From a virus (Duplodnaviria > Caudoviricetes): a DNA stretch of 64,000 bases. Position numbers and translations under genes: made by a program. Location of the stretch: IMG/VR virus record IMGVR_UViG_3300013121_000023, positions 113,133 to 177,132 of that record; one strand, written 5' to 3'. Shown here one piece after another: positions 51,601 to 60,579 of this stretch (its first letter is position 1; every line of letters begins with the position of its first letter). The notes beneath the pieces were generated by a model. It was not told where the DNA came from. It made no database searches and saw only the letters and a program-made list of their open reading frames with translations.

Positions 51601-52075
51601 CCTAGATATAGTTCAAAATCATCTTACAAGAGAGGTTTTTGACCTATACAAGGATGAAGGCATACGCCGAAGGAACGTAGAGGTTCTAGTAAAGGCTATG
51701 GGTGGTGCGACAGAAATAAAGCACCCAGGCGACCATGACTTCGCCCTTAGAGGCGACATAGTTTCGCTCAATAAAGTTCGTGAGTGGAACAAAGAGCTAG
51801 AGTCCAAAGGCTTGCAGCCCATAAGTCATGAGCCTGTACTAAAAGGTGTAAATGTACTACCGTTCCATCTACATGAGGATTGGATGGCCAAGCTACAGCA
51901 CCAACACCTGAGAGATACGATAGCCGAGGCAGCTGCTAAGGGTGGTGTGGCACACATACACGGCACACACCCAATACCAGGTGTTGCTTATGGTGCCGAG
52001 TTCGGTCTAAATATGCGAGACTCCGGTAAGCCAGGGATGACTCATCTTCATGATGTGCCAGGTCACCACTACTGA
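45665..52075 (+). CDS. DNA-directed RNA polymerase, fused beta-beta'
   Basis: HFG.LDP..TPEG, NFEDG..ISE, GDKLSNRYGGKG, KL.H (beta); LLKRDP.LH, FNADFDGD, GAR.G, GY..K.L, RSPL.C, GE...QLTLKSFHTGG (beta'). Confidence 0.95.
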   Translation: MAHLNPQEAHEYFQGRVIEALKSGFPITGKYYDLHLENVQAKDNLGVDDIHEQHRARVAGETWSVPVHGTVVIKDKNGKTLSSSNMKLVDVPKMTARHSYIVGGQEYQLDNQWQLKPGVYVRRDRKDNIEAQINAIGRGGGFGINFDTTSKVFNLEYNKANIPIYPIMKALGANDAYLESIWGKDVFEANAKAKNVSNSLARFYKTTTNKEPASVEEAAQHVRTFLGNLKVRPEVTKITLGKEFSGINGDLLQSATEKMLKVQAGHPEDDRDSLVFKDLRSGGDYAHDQLVSALRTIKTKVQRKLNSMQQPDVYGSFHHDYFNKPIKGIFESSVGRLASQINPVEMLSSSFQTTILGPGGISSVERINDEAKLINPSHFGLLDPIVTPEGDKTGITLRLPMGVKKEGRTPVVRMYNLKTGVTELVPPEKLLNSKVVYPDQIKWEQSGGKMVPKAITAEVKMMGEGNKLVVGNMKDADYAMLHPSQLFNPVTNLVPFIGNVAANRVAMAARHMEQSVSLLHRKAPLVQVSTGANVEGAKTFEELIGGKSAHKSPVSGTVHSVSDTDIIVKDDKGKHHSIQLYKNFPLNDAKSMLTSIPIVKKGDSIKAGQVVADTNFTDKGEIALGTQLNVAYMPYRGLNFEDGLVISERARDLLTSVHLHKPSITLDQKMDTNPKHFITRLPLAFKKDQLKNIGDDGVIRVGSVVKPGDPLVLASKPFELKDRIGLAAIQKSMSATHNDRSLRWESEFDGKVVDVHKNNDGTISVHVATNEHMTVGDKLSNRYGGKGIVVSILPNDKMPRTKDGRIADVLFNPTGVGGRQNLGQIYETAIGKVVEKTGKKYIVDNFAHGVDFREKLEKELKAHGVKDKEEMIDPETGKSLGEVLIGPQHMLKLVHQIEKKTAVRSGMSLPGLPSAEGYNSNLQPSGGGHHGGQSPGALGIYALLAHGAVHNIREMQTWKSEGIDPETNPEKRWKDGQHARVWAAIQTGSPLPTPTPTFAFKKFTDMLKGAGVNIEKKGHDLILSPLTDTQILRMAGGSAGELKKPHLGVTERKIEGLHEPTPEHGGIFDPRVTGGLGGNKWSYIKLAEPVPNPLFEDPIRYITGLKTDVFRDLVEGKKAVVPGTKNFVDVGTAGSITGGPAIKSILEKIDVDAELRSASAALKTAPSSGVDALMKKVKHLRALKDMGMKPAEAYVLSYMPVMPPSVRPLSVLPTTGDIKFDDINGLYKTFGTINSKLEQSIKAGQTTDKMKSALRADVYDGMKAIMGYGVPYGDAKYKGILHIIAGSSPKEGFFQKGLVQRKQDLSMRTTIIPEPSLGLDEVGLPKKSALKLFTPFVVRELHRTGAAKDVADAQKLIAKTIQGEDNKSVWSALDRAMESRPVLLKRDPALHKYSFQAFKPKAVEGAAIRIHPLVTGGFNADFDGDSMSAFVPVSPEAVQEAHKLMPSNNLFMESSGKIAYVPTLESQLGLYKMTLRGKDTKHHFSKPEDAIHALEKGSVDITDVVHIDGKPSTPGRALLSHVLPDNMKTSMLHSIDTPLDKKGLTALLTSLGKHDSRSFGGVVNQIKDFGNHMATGIIRSPITGNPFSVKAHSLGLEDLKADKETRAKVVSDTEAKLKVQLSNPNLTPIQREKITVDAWASATPMLDKMHAAKESSKDSNLFVMRQAGIKPDATQYRQIMIAPMLYRDSKGNVVPTPVLRSFSEGLDMPGYWTSLYGARSGAVQKVQEVQEPGYMTKLLQNTAMNQVVDKHDCGTKHGISMGVFDHDVQDRVLVHAHGDYPAGTIITQSVLDNIRSKDKNAKLVVRSPLKCESNQGICQKCAGLSSHGNFYDIGTNIGILSAHAVGERAVQLTLKSFHTGGAATGGSKTLSAFGKFQQLMNLNDEIPDQATIAMRDGKVEKIEKDATGVKVYINGHAHHISKDRHGFSLHEPVSHLVGTTGYEHWKAPKVGEYFKAGEPLSDPNRTTVNPHDLYKATKNLDIVQNHLTREVFDLYKDEGIRRRNVEVLVKAMGGATEIKHPGDHDFALRGDIVSLNKVREWNKELESKGLQPISHEPVLKGVNVLPFHLHEDWMAKLQHQHLRDTIAEAAAKGGVAHIHGTHPIPGVAYGAEFGLNMRDSGKPGMTHLHDVPGHHY

Positions 52076-53310
52076 TGCCACACCCAATAAGAAACACGAT
52101 GCACGAATCTGCTGGTACGGGAGCTACCCGTACCATGCAGTGCCGTGTCATGGACATCAACCTGAAGAATTGGACGGTTGATGTAGTTACCGTATTTGAT
52201 CAGAAGTACTACAAAGGACTTCAGATAAGTTCTGGTTACCTTCACTGGCACAAAGGCGAAGGTTTCTACGCCATACCCGAAGTAGGCGCCCTGTGTCACA
52301 TAACGGTGCCAGGTGACTCTGCACCGCCCTTTGTTGGAGACTTCGTAGCACCGCTGGAAATAAGAACTGATGGTGCAGCCCCAGGACAAGAAGAAGATAC
52401 TAGGTCTCGCGGGTCAACTACCCCGTATGTCTCTGATGCATCTTTTGCAGCAGGCAGAAAGCTTGGTAAACCAGGCGACATACTTATGGTTGGCAGGGAC
52501 GGGCAGTTCGTAATTCTTCACAGAGGCGGCGTCCTACAGATAGGAAGTACATCTCTATCTCAACGTGTTTACATACCTATATCTAATAGAATTGTAGACA
52601 TAGCCGAAAACTACGAGCTTAAAAGCATAGCCGGGACTATGAGTTGGCAGATTCTAGATGAACAGAGTGAAGACCAAACGCCTGCCGAATTCTGCCAAAC
52701 ATTCAGGTTGTACGCTCAAGATAAATACGCAGATATACGTGTGAAGACAGGTAAGGTAACAGCTCCTATTGCTGAACAAGATGGTTCTGAAACTCTCGGA
52801 CACATAAAAGAACTAGACATGGGTCAAGATGACGGACCCATAGTCCATGAGGTTGTTATCGCTCCCGGTGGATTTAATTCTGACGGTAGCGCCGCTTCTT
52901 CTGACACCAAAAACCTAACTGTTCTTAAGTATTTTTTCGATCGCAAGGGTAACTTCTTTTTTAGAACAGAAAAGAATGTGTATGTGTTTGTTAGAGGTAG
53001 AACACATGCTGTATTCAAGGGCCCTGTTTTGTTGGAAGGCGAAGAAGATCTAAGACTCAACTTTAAAAAGGGTGTCGCTTTCATCGGTCCTGACGGTGTG
53101 GCCATAGAAGGAAAAGTTGTAAGCGTAAACAAGGGTAATGCTCCTGTTGCTAGAATGGGAGACCCTGTGACGCTAGCTCCAGGGATAATACCTGTGTCTG
53201 GCACGATCACTCCCCCAGGTGGTCCACCAGCTGCCTTTATTGGCACGCTGACTATAACTACACCACTATTGGGTGCCATCATAGGTGGTAATCCAGGCTT
53301 TAGGGCGTTA
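52075..53310 (+). CDS. Baseplate hub/spike (gpV/gp5-like) protein
   Basis: G.Y.IPEVG OB-fold pattern; VARMGD C-terminus; TTATG overlap (standard end 53328). Confidence 0.65.
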
Positions 53311-54080
53311 TGGCTGTCTATTATGTAGGTAGCTATAGTCTGGGCACTATAAACGCAGCCCTGTCCACAGAAGTAATACCGCTACTTCTGCAAATAGAGC
53401 CGCTTCTTCTAGATGTGTTCGCCGCTCTTGATGAGCTGCTAATTACGTTTGATTTGCTTATTAACGCGGAGTTTGGTCTTGGTGGACTTAAGCTGAGCCT
53501 CAGTCTACAGCTAGATGCTGCCATATCTGCCGCTGCCAACATAAGCTTGGCCATAGGCAATCCTATACTGTATTTCCAAGGCGTACTCAGTGCCATGCTT
53601 TCTGCTGTGGCTGCCTTGGAAGCGCAAATAGAGGCAGCCCTTTCTGCTGGCATAGGAATACCTCCTATATCTGCCAGTGCCAGTGCTCAATTGAGCGCAT
53701 CTATAAGCCTTGCAGCCAGCATAAAGGCTCAGCTGCTTGGGATACAGTTGCTTATAGACCTAGCTCTTGAGGCAAAGATACCGGCACTGGAGGTAAAGGC
53801 TCAGCTAGAGCTGATCATACCTACGCTACAGCTATTGATAGGTAACCTACAGGCCAACCTAAACGTAACTGGCGGTATACACCTATATCGTCTTGATGGA
53901 CCTGCTATCACCGTAGCAGCCGAGCTTCAGGCAGCTTTTGCAGCAAATCTTGGTATCAACGGAAGCGTGAATATAAAATGTTTGCTGGTGGTCGTGGATG
54001 TAACTGCAAATGCTACGGCCTTTAACAATCTTTCCGCTATTCTGAAGGTGGACGACACCTCAGAAGTAGTGTTCCCGTGA
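53310..54080 (+). CDS. Hydrophobic helical putative virion protein
   Basis: Leu/Ala-rich; follows the spike gene. Confidence 0.6.
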   Translation: MAVYYVGSYSLGTINAALSTEVIPLLLQIEPLLLDVFAALDELLITFDLLINAEFGLGGLKLSLSLQLDAAISAAANISLAIGNPILYFQGVLSAMLSAVAALEAQIEAALSAGIGIPPISASASAQLSASISLAASIKAQLLGIQLLIDLALEAKIPALEVKAQLELIIPTLQLLIGNLQANLNVTGGIHLYRLDGPAITVAAELQAAFAANLGINGSVNIKCLLVVVDVTANATAFNNLSAILKVDDTSEVVFP

Positions 54081-54090
54081 GGGTATGTAA

Positions 54091-56295
54091 ATGACGCAAC
54101 CTCTGTTTTTCAGCAACAAGAATGAGTTTGTAAAGGAGGCTGGTTACACGGTCAGCCTGCCTGACGATCCTAATCAGTGGCCGCAGCAACTCCAAGACGA
54201 GTTGTACAAGCAGGCGCCGTTTATCGCCCACTATGACGTTCATGTGAACATGAACCAGGTGGACGCTGAGCAGGGTTTTGGAATCGGTGTTGTTGAGGTC
54301 AGAAACAAGTCAGACCTTCCTGAATCGGCCAGTGAAGACCTACGAGCAGTTGTAGGTCTCAATTCGGTTCGAATTCCTGTGATCGTCGTATCTCGCAAAC
54401 TACAGCCATTTGATGTGATGCTAGTAGGTTCTGGCGATGAGACGAAAACTGTACCTTTGACGGACGCTAGGATGCGTCAGGCCTTGTTCAGGCCACAAGT
54501 TGGGGATGTCACCAGCAAGATGCCAGGCGACCAGTCCCTAGTACAAACACTGTTTCCGCCTTTCAGAAGCATGTATGGCTTCGGCGGTCAGGGTATGTTC
54601 CTCGGTAATAGCGTCAAGATGGCTTCCGAACATGCGGAAGACAGGTACGCCACTCTGAGCGATCACCACCTAGACGCGCTGGGTTTGCATGGAGATAACA
54701 GAGAGAATTTCAAGAAATCTTGGCCTGCCCTAAGAAAGCATATGAAAGATGACGAAAGAAATGCTTTCTACAGCAAGTTCCAGAAGGCCGACGAATCATT
54801 CGTAAAGAGTGCTTCGTCTTCAACCATACTGGCGTCGATACTCCCTACTATCGCACCTACTGACTACGGTAGGTTCCTGTACGAGCTATCTTCAGATACC
54901 AAGATAGCAAATGCGTTTGCTACAAATCCAGCAGCTTCGGCTGCCATGCAGGCTCTATCGCTCTATAACCCGGATATGGCGGTAGAGGCAGAAAAAGTAG
55001 CCACAGAGAATGCTGTAGGCACGTTGATGCCAACGGTCATACAGCTAACCAAGTTGGCCTCTGGTTACAGGATTAAAACGGCATCGCACAAGATGTGGTC
55101 TCCTACCACTATCGACCTAGACAGAGGCCAGGCTATAAAGCTTACCTCTGCGGCTATGGTGAAAGCGGCTGATGAGGCTGGTTCTATAACAGCGATAACT
55201 GGGGAAGATACTGCACCTGTAGAAGACACCGGTAAAGCCGAGGTGATAACAAAGCCAGGTCTTTACAAGGTGAAGAGCTGCGACGGTAATGAAATGCTTG
55301 GGTATGTCTTCCCCAAGCTTATAGACACTGATGGAAACCCTGTACCTATAGCTCTGTTTACGAACGGAGCTAAGGGCTCAGTGCAGGGAGAAATAGCTGG
55401 TATACAAGCTGGCTCAGCTCAAACACTTCCGACAGGAACAATACCCAGAGGAGAGGGTGTGTTCTATAGAGATGGCGTAGAAGGTGAGCTGGAGGCCACC
55501 ATACCTTTCTCTATAAAGACCTCTATGAACATAGGTAACGGTAACCAGTACATAGGTTCAACCTATGACGGTAGACCTGTGCGGTTGACTATTTCTGGCA
55601 ACGTCAAAAAAATAACATCGTCTGGTATGGATGTATTGGTACCGGATTCGTATCAGTGGGTGTCATTTGACAAGGTTGATATCGACGCATTGATGTCAAA
55701 GCCAGATGACTACATTAAAACCGCTGCATTGATAGGTTCCAAGGTAGACATACGATCTGATGGAACATACGTATCGCTGCGCGGGTTCCCTCTTGAAAAG
55801 CTAGGGAATACAGACTTCCTGTCGATGGACGATGCCGTATTTTACTTGGGCGGCATGGGTGTATCACCTGTTCATGTATTCGAAAAGATAGGACAGGCGA
55901 TACTTTCCAACAAACCTGTATCAGTGCATATAGGTAGGCACTTGAACATGGTAGAAGACGTACAGCAAAAGCTTGCGTCTAGAAATGCTCAGGTGAATAA
56001 CAGTGTCGCTCACCTGAGACGATTCCTGGTTAAAGAAGCAGCCGAGATACCGGACCCTACTTCTGTAGATGCCGTCCTTTCCTTGGGCTTTTTGAATCCG
56101 TCTAACTTGGGTGTTTACGTGGAGCACCTACCCACTCTGGACGAGGCTGTAGTGAAGATGTGCTCCATGCTCATATCGGCCAGACTTGGGCAAAGCACTT
56201 TGCCTGTGCCTGCCCTAGAAAAGGCCATAAGGAGCACTGAAGAGGTCATACAGGCCTTGCATATCATGGCCGTTAAAGCCATGCCTGCATCTTTA
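54091..56295 (+). CDS. Large putative virion protein with K-x-A motifs
   Basis: KEA, KMAS, KSAS, KVA, KLAS, KTAS, KTAA; TTA at 56293 (standard end 56307). Confidence 0.7.
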
Positions 56296-56332
56296 GCTCG
56301 CAAGTAGTCTATACATCTGATATTTGTAGCTA

Positions 56333-57262
56333 ATGTCCAGGCAATCACCAGCTTACTTCTTCATCAAGAGCCTGTTCATCGAGTCGATAGATCTAGATGT
56401 TAAAGATCTACGTGCTCGATGCAGGCTCTTGGGCCTGGATTTCATTTCTTTGAAGTACTTGGAAGGCGTGAAGAGTGAAATAACGCTACCCATGAACTTC
56501 AATAGAATTGACGCGAGACACATGCCCAGCGTCAAGTATTTGATGAATGAGCGTGTGTACAGGTACTTTCATCGCGACACCGCTATGAATCGTGCCGTAG
56601 AGCTTCTGGAAAAGCCCAAAGTAAAAGAGGTAATCGAAACCCTATCTTTGTCCGGTGTGCCGTACGCTGAGATAGCTAAAGCGGTAACTACCAAGTACAG
56701 AGAGTACGCAGATGAAGAAGTAATAGAAGTGTTCCTTCATTATTTTTGGAATCTGTCACTGCTGGATTCGGTAGAAATAAGAACGATTATTGGCATGAGA
56801 GCTGAGGAGTCAGCTAAGCTGCTCCCACCTAGCCTTCGTAAGTCGGCCAGATACGCCAGCTTCAACGATCCTAAACGCCTTGCTGCGTCTATGCCCGCCA
56901 GCCCTTGGGCAGCCAAGCTGGCCCTGCTACAGATGGGTGTATCGCCAGGAGGACTTAACCTGGCTGACCTTGTTGAGCAGGCTAAGGCCATGGCCCTTCT
57001 AAGGGTCAATGCCGCCCTTGTCGAGACCGACCCAACAGCTTCTGAACGCGCAGCAAACTATGTTTCTGTCGTAAAGAACATGTTTGACTTGAGCAGAGAG
57101 ATAGCTGAACCAACAGAAGACATTGTTAGTAAAGCAAAGAAACTCAGAATGCGCGCCGAAACCGGAAACCTTCCTTCGGTACATTCTATTACTGGCGGTA
57201 ATCACACTGCCAGTTTGCTACCAACATCGGAAGATAAAGAAGAAGGAGACGATCCTGAATGA
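56333..57262 (+). CDS. Hypothetical protein, possible HTH
   Basis: 309-aa ORF; G.PYAEIAK. Confidence 0.65.
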   Translation: MSRQSPAYFFIKSLFIESIDLDVKDLRARCRLLGLDFISLKYLEGVKSEITLPMNFNRIDARHMPSVKYLMNERVYRYFHRDTAMNRAVELLEKPKVKEVIETLSLSGVPYAEIAKAVTTKYREYADEEVIEVFLHYFWNLSLLDSVEIRTIIGMRAEESAKLLPPSLRKSARYASFNDPKRLAASMPASPWAAKLALLQMGVSPGGLNLADLVEQAKAMALLRVNAALVETDPTASERAANYVSVVKNMFDLSREIAEPTEDIVSKAKKLRMRAETGNLPSVHSITGGNHTASLLPTSEDKEEGDDPE

Positions 57263-57522
57263 ATGCTGTCCGTGCTTTTTTGTCCATAGATTCTACTAAA
57301 AACAGAGCTGTTAGAAGAAAAGGATGGGTAGAAGGTGTATATCTTCTTATAGAAACAATAGAAGTAAAAGATGCTAGAGTTAAAAAGATAAGACGATTTG
57401 TTGTTGTAATAGAGGTAAATGAAAACTTCATAATGCTCTACGATCAGAGTATAACACCAGACGATCTGCTGGCTGATGATTGGGAAGCTGTGACCATAAA
57501 CGGCTTGCCGTCTGTACAGTAG
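57259..57522 (+). CDS. DUF2829/Tad2-like protein
   Basis: VRRKGW...DDLLADDWEAV. Confidence 0.6.
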   Translation: MNAVRAFLSIDSTKNRAVRRKGWVEGVYLLIETIEVKDARVKKIRRFVVVIEVNENFIMLYDQSITPDDLLADDWEAVTINGLPSVQ

Positions 57523-57558
57523 CTAAATGAAAAGGGGGCGTATACCGCCCCCTTTTCA
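57520..57558 (-). terminator. Terminator with TTTAGCTA tail
   Basis: tgaaaagggggcg-tatac-cgcccccttttca. Confidence 0.8.
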
Positions 57559-57563
57559 AAGTA

Positions 57564-57974
57564 CTACTCAGCACTCATTTCATCTATGTGTTTTATGATT
57601 TGCGCTTTAGCTGCTCTGTTTGCCTCTCTAAATCTATTCAATACGAAATCTGGCATGGTCGGAAAGTTATCTTTTATATCTACTACATGGTAAATTATGT
57701 AGGTTACTGCGTTTGTGTTTATTGTGCTACATCTACACGAAGCACGGACTAGCCATTCTACGTATTCCACTACATTAATGTCGTGTGTTATGCAGGTATT
57801 AAACGTATCGTCGTCAATCAATACCTTTAGTATTTCCATTGTTACTACGTGTTCTGAGTTGACATAGAAGCGCTCTCTAAGTATTTCTATTGCTTTAGAT
57901 ACTGATTCTTGACTGTTGCATATTTCTCTTACCTCTTCTCTTACTTTCTCTACATCGCATTCTATCAATTCCAT
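57564..57974 (-). CDS. Hypothetical protein
   Basis: Coupled ORF. Confidence 0.6.
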   Translation of the reverse strand: MELIECDVEKVREEVREICNSQESVSKAIEILRERFYVNSEHVVTMEILKVLIDDDTFNTCITHDINVVEYVEWLVRASCRCSTINTNAVTYIIYHVVDIKDNFPTMPDFVLNRFREANRAAKAQIIKHIDEMSAE

Positions 57975-58429
57975 AATCGATCTGCTGCCTCTATTACAGA
58001 TTTCATCTCCTGTATAACCTCCATGTATGCCACCGTATACGTGTCTACAATAGCGAACATTTGATTGATCTTTAGCGCCGCTTCCAATCTCAGGCCCGTA
58101 TCAGAGCCAACATTGGTGCTGTGCATCTGTATTGACCTACACACACCGTGCTGCCTCAGTATGAGCCGAAGCGCTACGCACGCTAGTGCGTATAGCTCCA
58201 GTATATTATCATTGTGGTGTTGCTCCAAGTTTGTTATGGCTATGTTAATGTCAGACCCGTATTCGTCTTTGTACTCAGTAGCTACTCTGGTTATGTGTTC
58301 GTATTTCACAACTGCCGGCTTCCTGGTTATACGTCTGTTTTCTCCTATATCGAAAGAAATAAATGACCTAACGATTGGCTCTTCAACCGAACTAGAAAGC
58401 GCAAAAGATACTACGTCTATAGAGTTCAT
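57965..58429 (-). CDS. Hypothetical protein
   Basis: GGAGG RBS. Confidence 0.6.
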   Translation of the reverse strand: MNSIDVVSFALSSSVEEPIVRSFISFDIGENRRITRKPAVVKYEHITRVATEYKDEYGSDINIAITNLEQHHNDNILELYALACVALRLILRQHGVCRSIQMHSTNVGSDTGLRLEAALKINQMFAIVDTYTVAYMEVIQEMKSVIEAADRLWN

Positions 58430-59238
58430 TGGAAATCTACCTCCATGTAAGATGGAAACACAAACGGTATGCTGTTTGGGTCGCTATTTATGGTGCTGCT
58501 ACATATGTAACTCATGGCTTTTAGAACGGCTCCCTTGTCTTCCTGGTAGAAGATTGGTAGGCACGGATTACTAGTTATCTCCTTGAGCGCCCTATACCAA
58601 TTCTTTATTGGTGTTGCTTTACTTCTTAGACTCGCAATTTCTGTACGAAATGTATCTAGCTTATCAGTAGTAGCTAGCAGACAAATAGCGTATCTGTTTG
58701 AATAAACCTCTTCTTCATCTGTGAGCATGAATGGCGGAGTCAATTGATAATAAGTAAGCTGACCGTTTTGTCTTGAGCACATATACTCCATATTGTTATT
58801 CTTTATGTATTTTTCTTTGTGTACAGCCATATCTGGTGAGTTTATGTAGTTAGGTACTCTTATTTTAGAAATATCACATATTACATCTGTGCGTATTTTA
58901 TTGAGCATCTTTGGGGAGCCGTATATATCTATTTTTGGACCGTAGCCATTTAGGCGGTGGCAGGCTGCATTTGACTCTAGTGCGAATTTGTACATCCAGG
59001 CATAATTGTTCTCAGATTCTGCGACCCACTCAGCTACATTTCGATCTGATCTTGTTTTCAATACGTATGGGCTAACGGATACGCTGTCCCTGTACACGTA
59101 TTCACCTGTCATTATCGTTTTAGCCGAGCCTAGTATTTTTACCGCTTCTGTAGCGTATTGCCATATCTCTTTTAGAGCTATTGACTTGGCTGATACAATT
59201 GGACATTCGTGGAAAAACATAAAGGGCCCTGAATACAT
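58426..59238 (-). CDS. Pyrimidine-dimer DNA glycosylase (DenV-like), divergent
   Basis: F....P..SA....EA..IL; W..ES..NY.WM. Confidence 0.5.
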   Translation of the reverse strand: MYSGPFMFFHECPIVSAKSIALKEIWQYATEAVKILGSAKTIMTGEYVYRDSVSVSPYVLKTRSDRNVAEWVAESENNYAWMYKFALESNAACHRLNGYGPKIDIYGSPKMLNKIRTDVICDISKIRVPNYINSPDMAVHKEKYIKNNNMEYMCSRQNGQLTYYQLTPPFMLTDEEEVYSNRYAICLLATTDKLDTFRTEIASLRSKATPIKNWYRALKEITSNPCLPIFYQEDKGAVLKAMSYICSSTINSDPNSIPFVFPSYMEVDFQ

Positions 59239-59705
59239 GAGTTCAGAATATCCTTCCAGCTGGTTGTTGGTTTGTACTCTATTTTAAGGTCTTCGCATAT
59301 CGTCAAAAGCGTTTTCTCGGCCATATTTATCACTTTGTACTTTTTTGTTTCATCAAATTCTACTCCTATTTTTCTTAGCATATCTTCGTAGGTATGTAGC
59401 GTTATTACGTCTTCTCTATTTATGTATATCTGTGTACCAAATCCAAAACGATTTATACTTACATGCATACCATCTCCAAGTATGTGTCCAACCACTTTTG
59501 GAATGTTATTAGCGTCAGCCTCTATATACGCTTTCACCCAAGTCGCTCTATCTTCGTCATCTGCCTCACCGTCGTCTAGACTGGGTGCGAATAGACGAGG
59601 GTCTCCACCAGAAAAAGAAGCCGCGAAGAATTGAGGTATCTTCTCCACCAATATGTTGTGAAACACAAGAAGTTCTGTTTCTACGTTTTTCGTTATTTTT
59701 TGCAT
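59220..59705 (-). CDS. Hypothetical protein
   Basis: TTA at 59220 (standard end 59178). Confidence 0.6.
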
Positions 59706-60016
59706 ACGACATCCCTTATAAAGGTTATGGCAGCCCTGTATTGGCTAGCCAGTTTTATCCCGTTATCGCCCATAGTTTCTATTTCTGGGCACTTATCTTC
59801 TAGAGCAGTCAATAGCTTAGCAAGTCCGGTATGGCTTAGTAGAGGCTCATCTGTGAGTATTGTTACCGTTACTTGAATCGGCATAGCGTATACTCTGTAT
59901 TTGTTTGCGCGGTCGCTTGGGCAGTATATCTTTTCTATGGCGATGCCTTTGGATAGCAGGTATTCTCGTATGTATAGGTCTTCTTTTTTTAGTATTCTAG
60001 GTAGTTTAGATGTCAA
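59693..60016 (-). CDS. Hypothetical protein
   Basis: Coupled ORF. Confidence 0.55.
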   Translation of the reverse strand: MTSKLPRILKKEDLYIREYLLSKGIAIEKIYCPSDRANKYRVYAMPIQVTVTILTDEPLLSHTGLAKLLTALEDKCPEIETMGDNGIKLASQYRAAITFIRDVVCKK

Positions 60017-60579
60017 TGGTCACCATCATGATCATCGTCGTCATCGGTTTCTTTCTCAGTTATTGATGGAGACTCACATTCTATTGAAAATACCAGGTTT
60101 TCCAATTTATTTGTAGACGCAGGACTTTTGTAAACGTGTAGATTAACTCTGAGTTCATCTCCAAGTATTTGCTTTACTAGCTCAATTGCTTTTTCGTTAG
60201 CTATATCCATTACTCTGTTTCTTATTTCTGCATCTATGGCTCTCTTAAAGTACGTATTTATATTTTTCCTTATGTGTATCCGTGCTTGTTCCATGTGTTT
60301 TGTCATTTCTTCTGATAGCAAGTATTTTTGTGTTTCTACTACAGCAAGGGACTCAGCGGCCTCCCTTATTTTAGCTCTTACGGTTTCTGTTATTGTGCTT
60401 TTCTCCATTTCTACACGAGTTATGTTTCCCACATATTCTGATATAGCAAATTTTGCCAGATTTTCTATTGCTTTTACGTCTTTGCCATCACGTATATTGT
60501 ATTTATTTTCTAGTACAGTTACTATGGCACCCCTGATCATTCTCGTAAGTGAACCCATATTCACTGTGGTCTTTTTCAT
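60013..60579 (-). CDS. Hypothetical helical protein
   Basis: GAGGAG RBS. Confidence 0.6.
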   Translation of the reverse strand: MKKTTVNMGSLTRMIRGAIVTVLENKYNIRDGKDVKAIENLAKFAISEYVGNITRVEMEKSTITETVRAKIREAAESLAVVETQKYLLSEEMTKHMEQARIHIRKNINTYFKRAIDAEIRNRVMDIANEKAIELVKQILGDELRVNLHVYKSPASTNKLENLVFSIECESPSITEKETDDDDDHDGDH

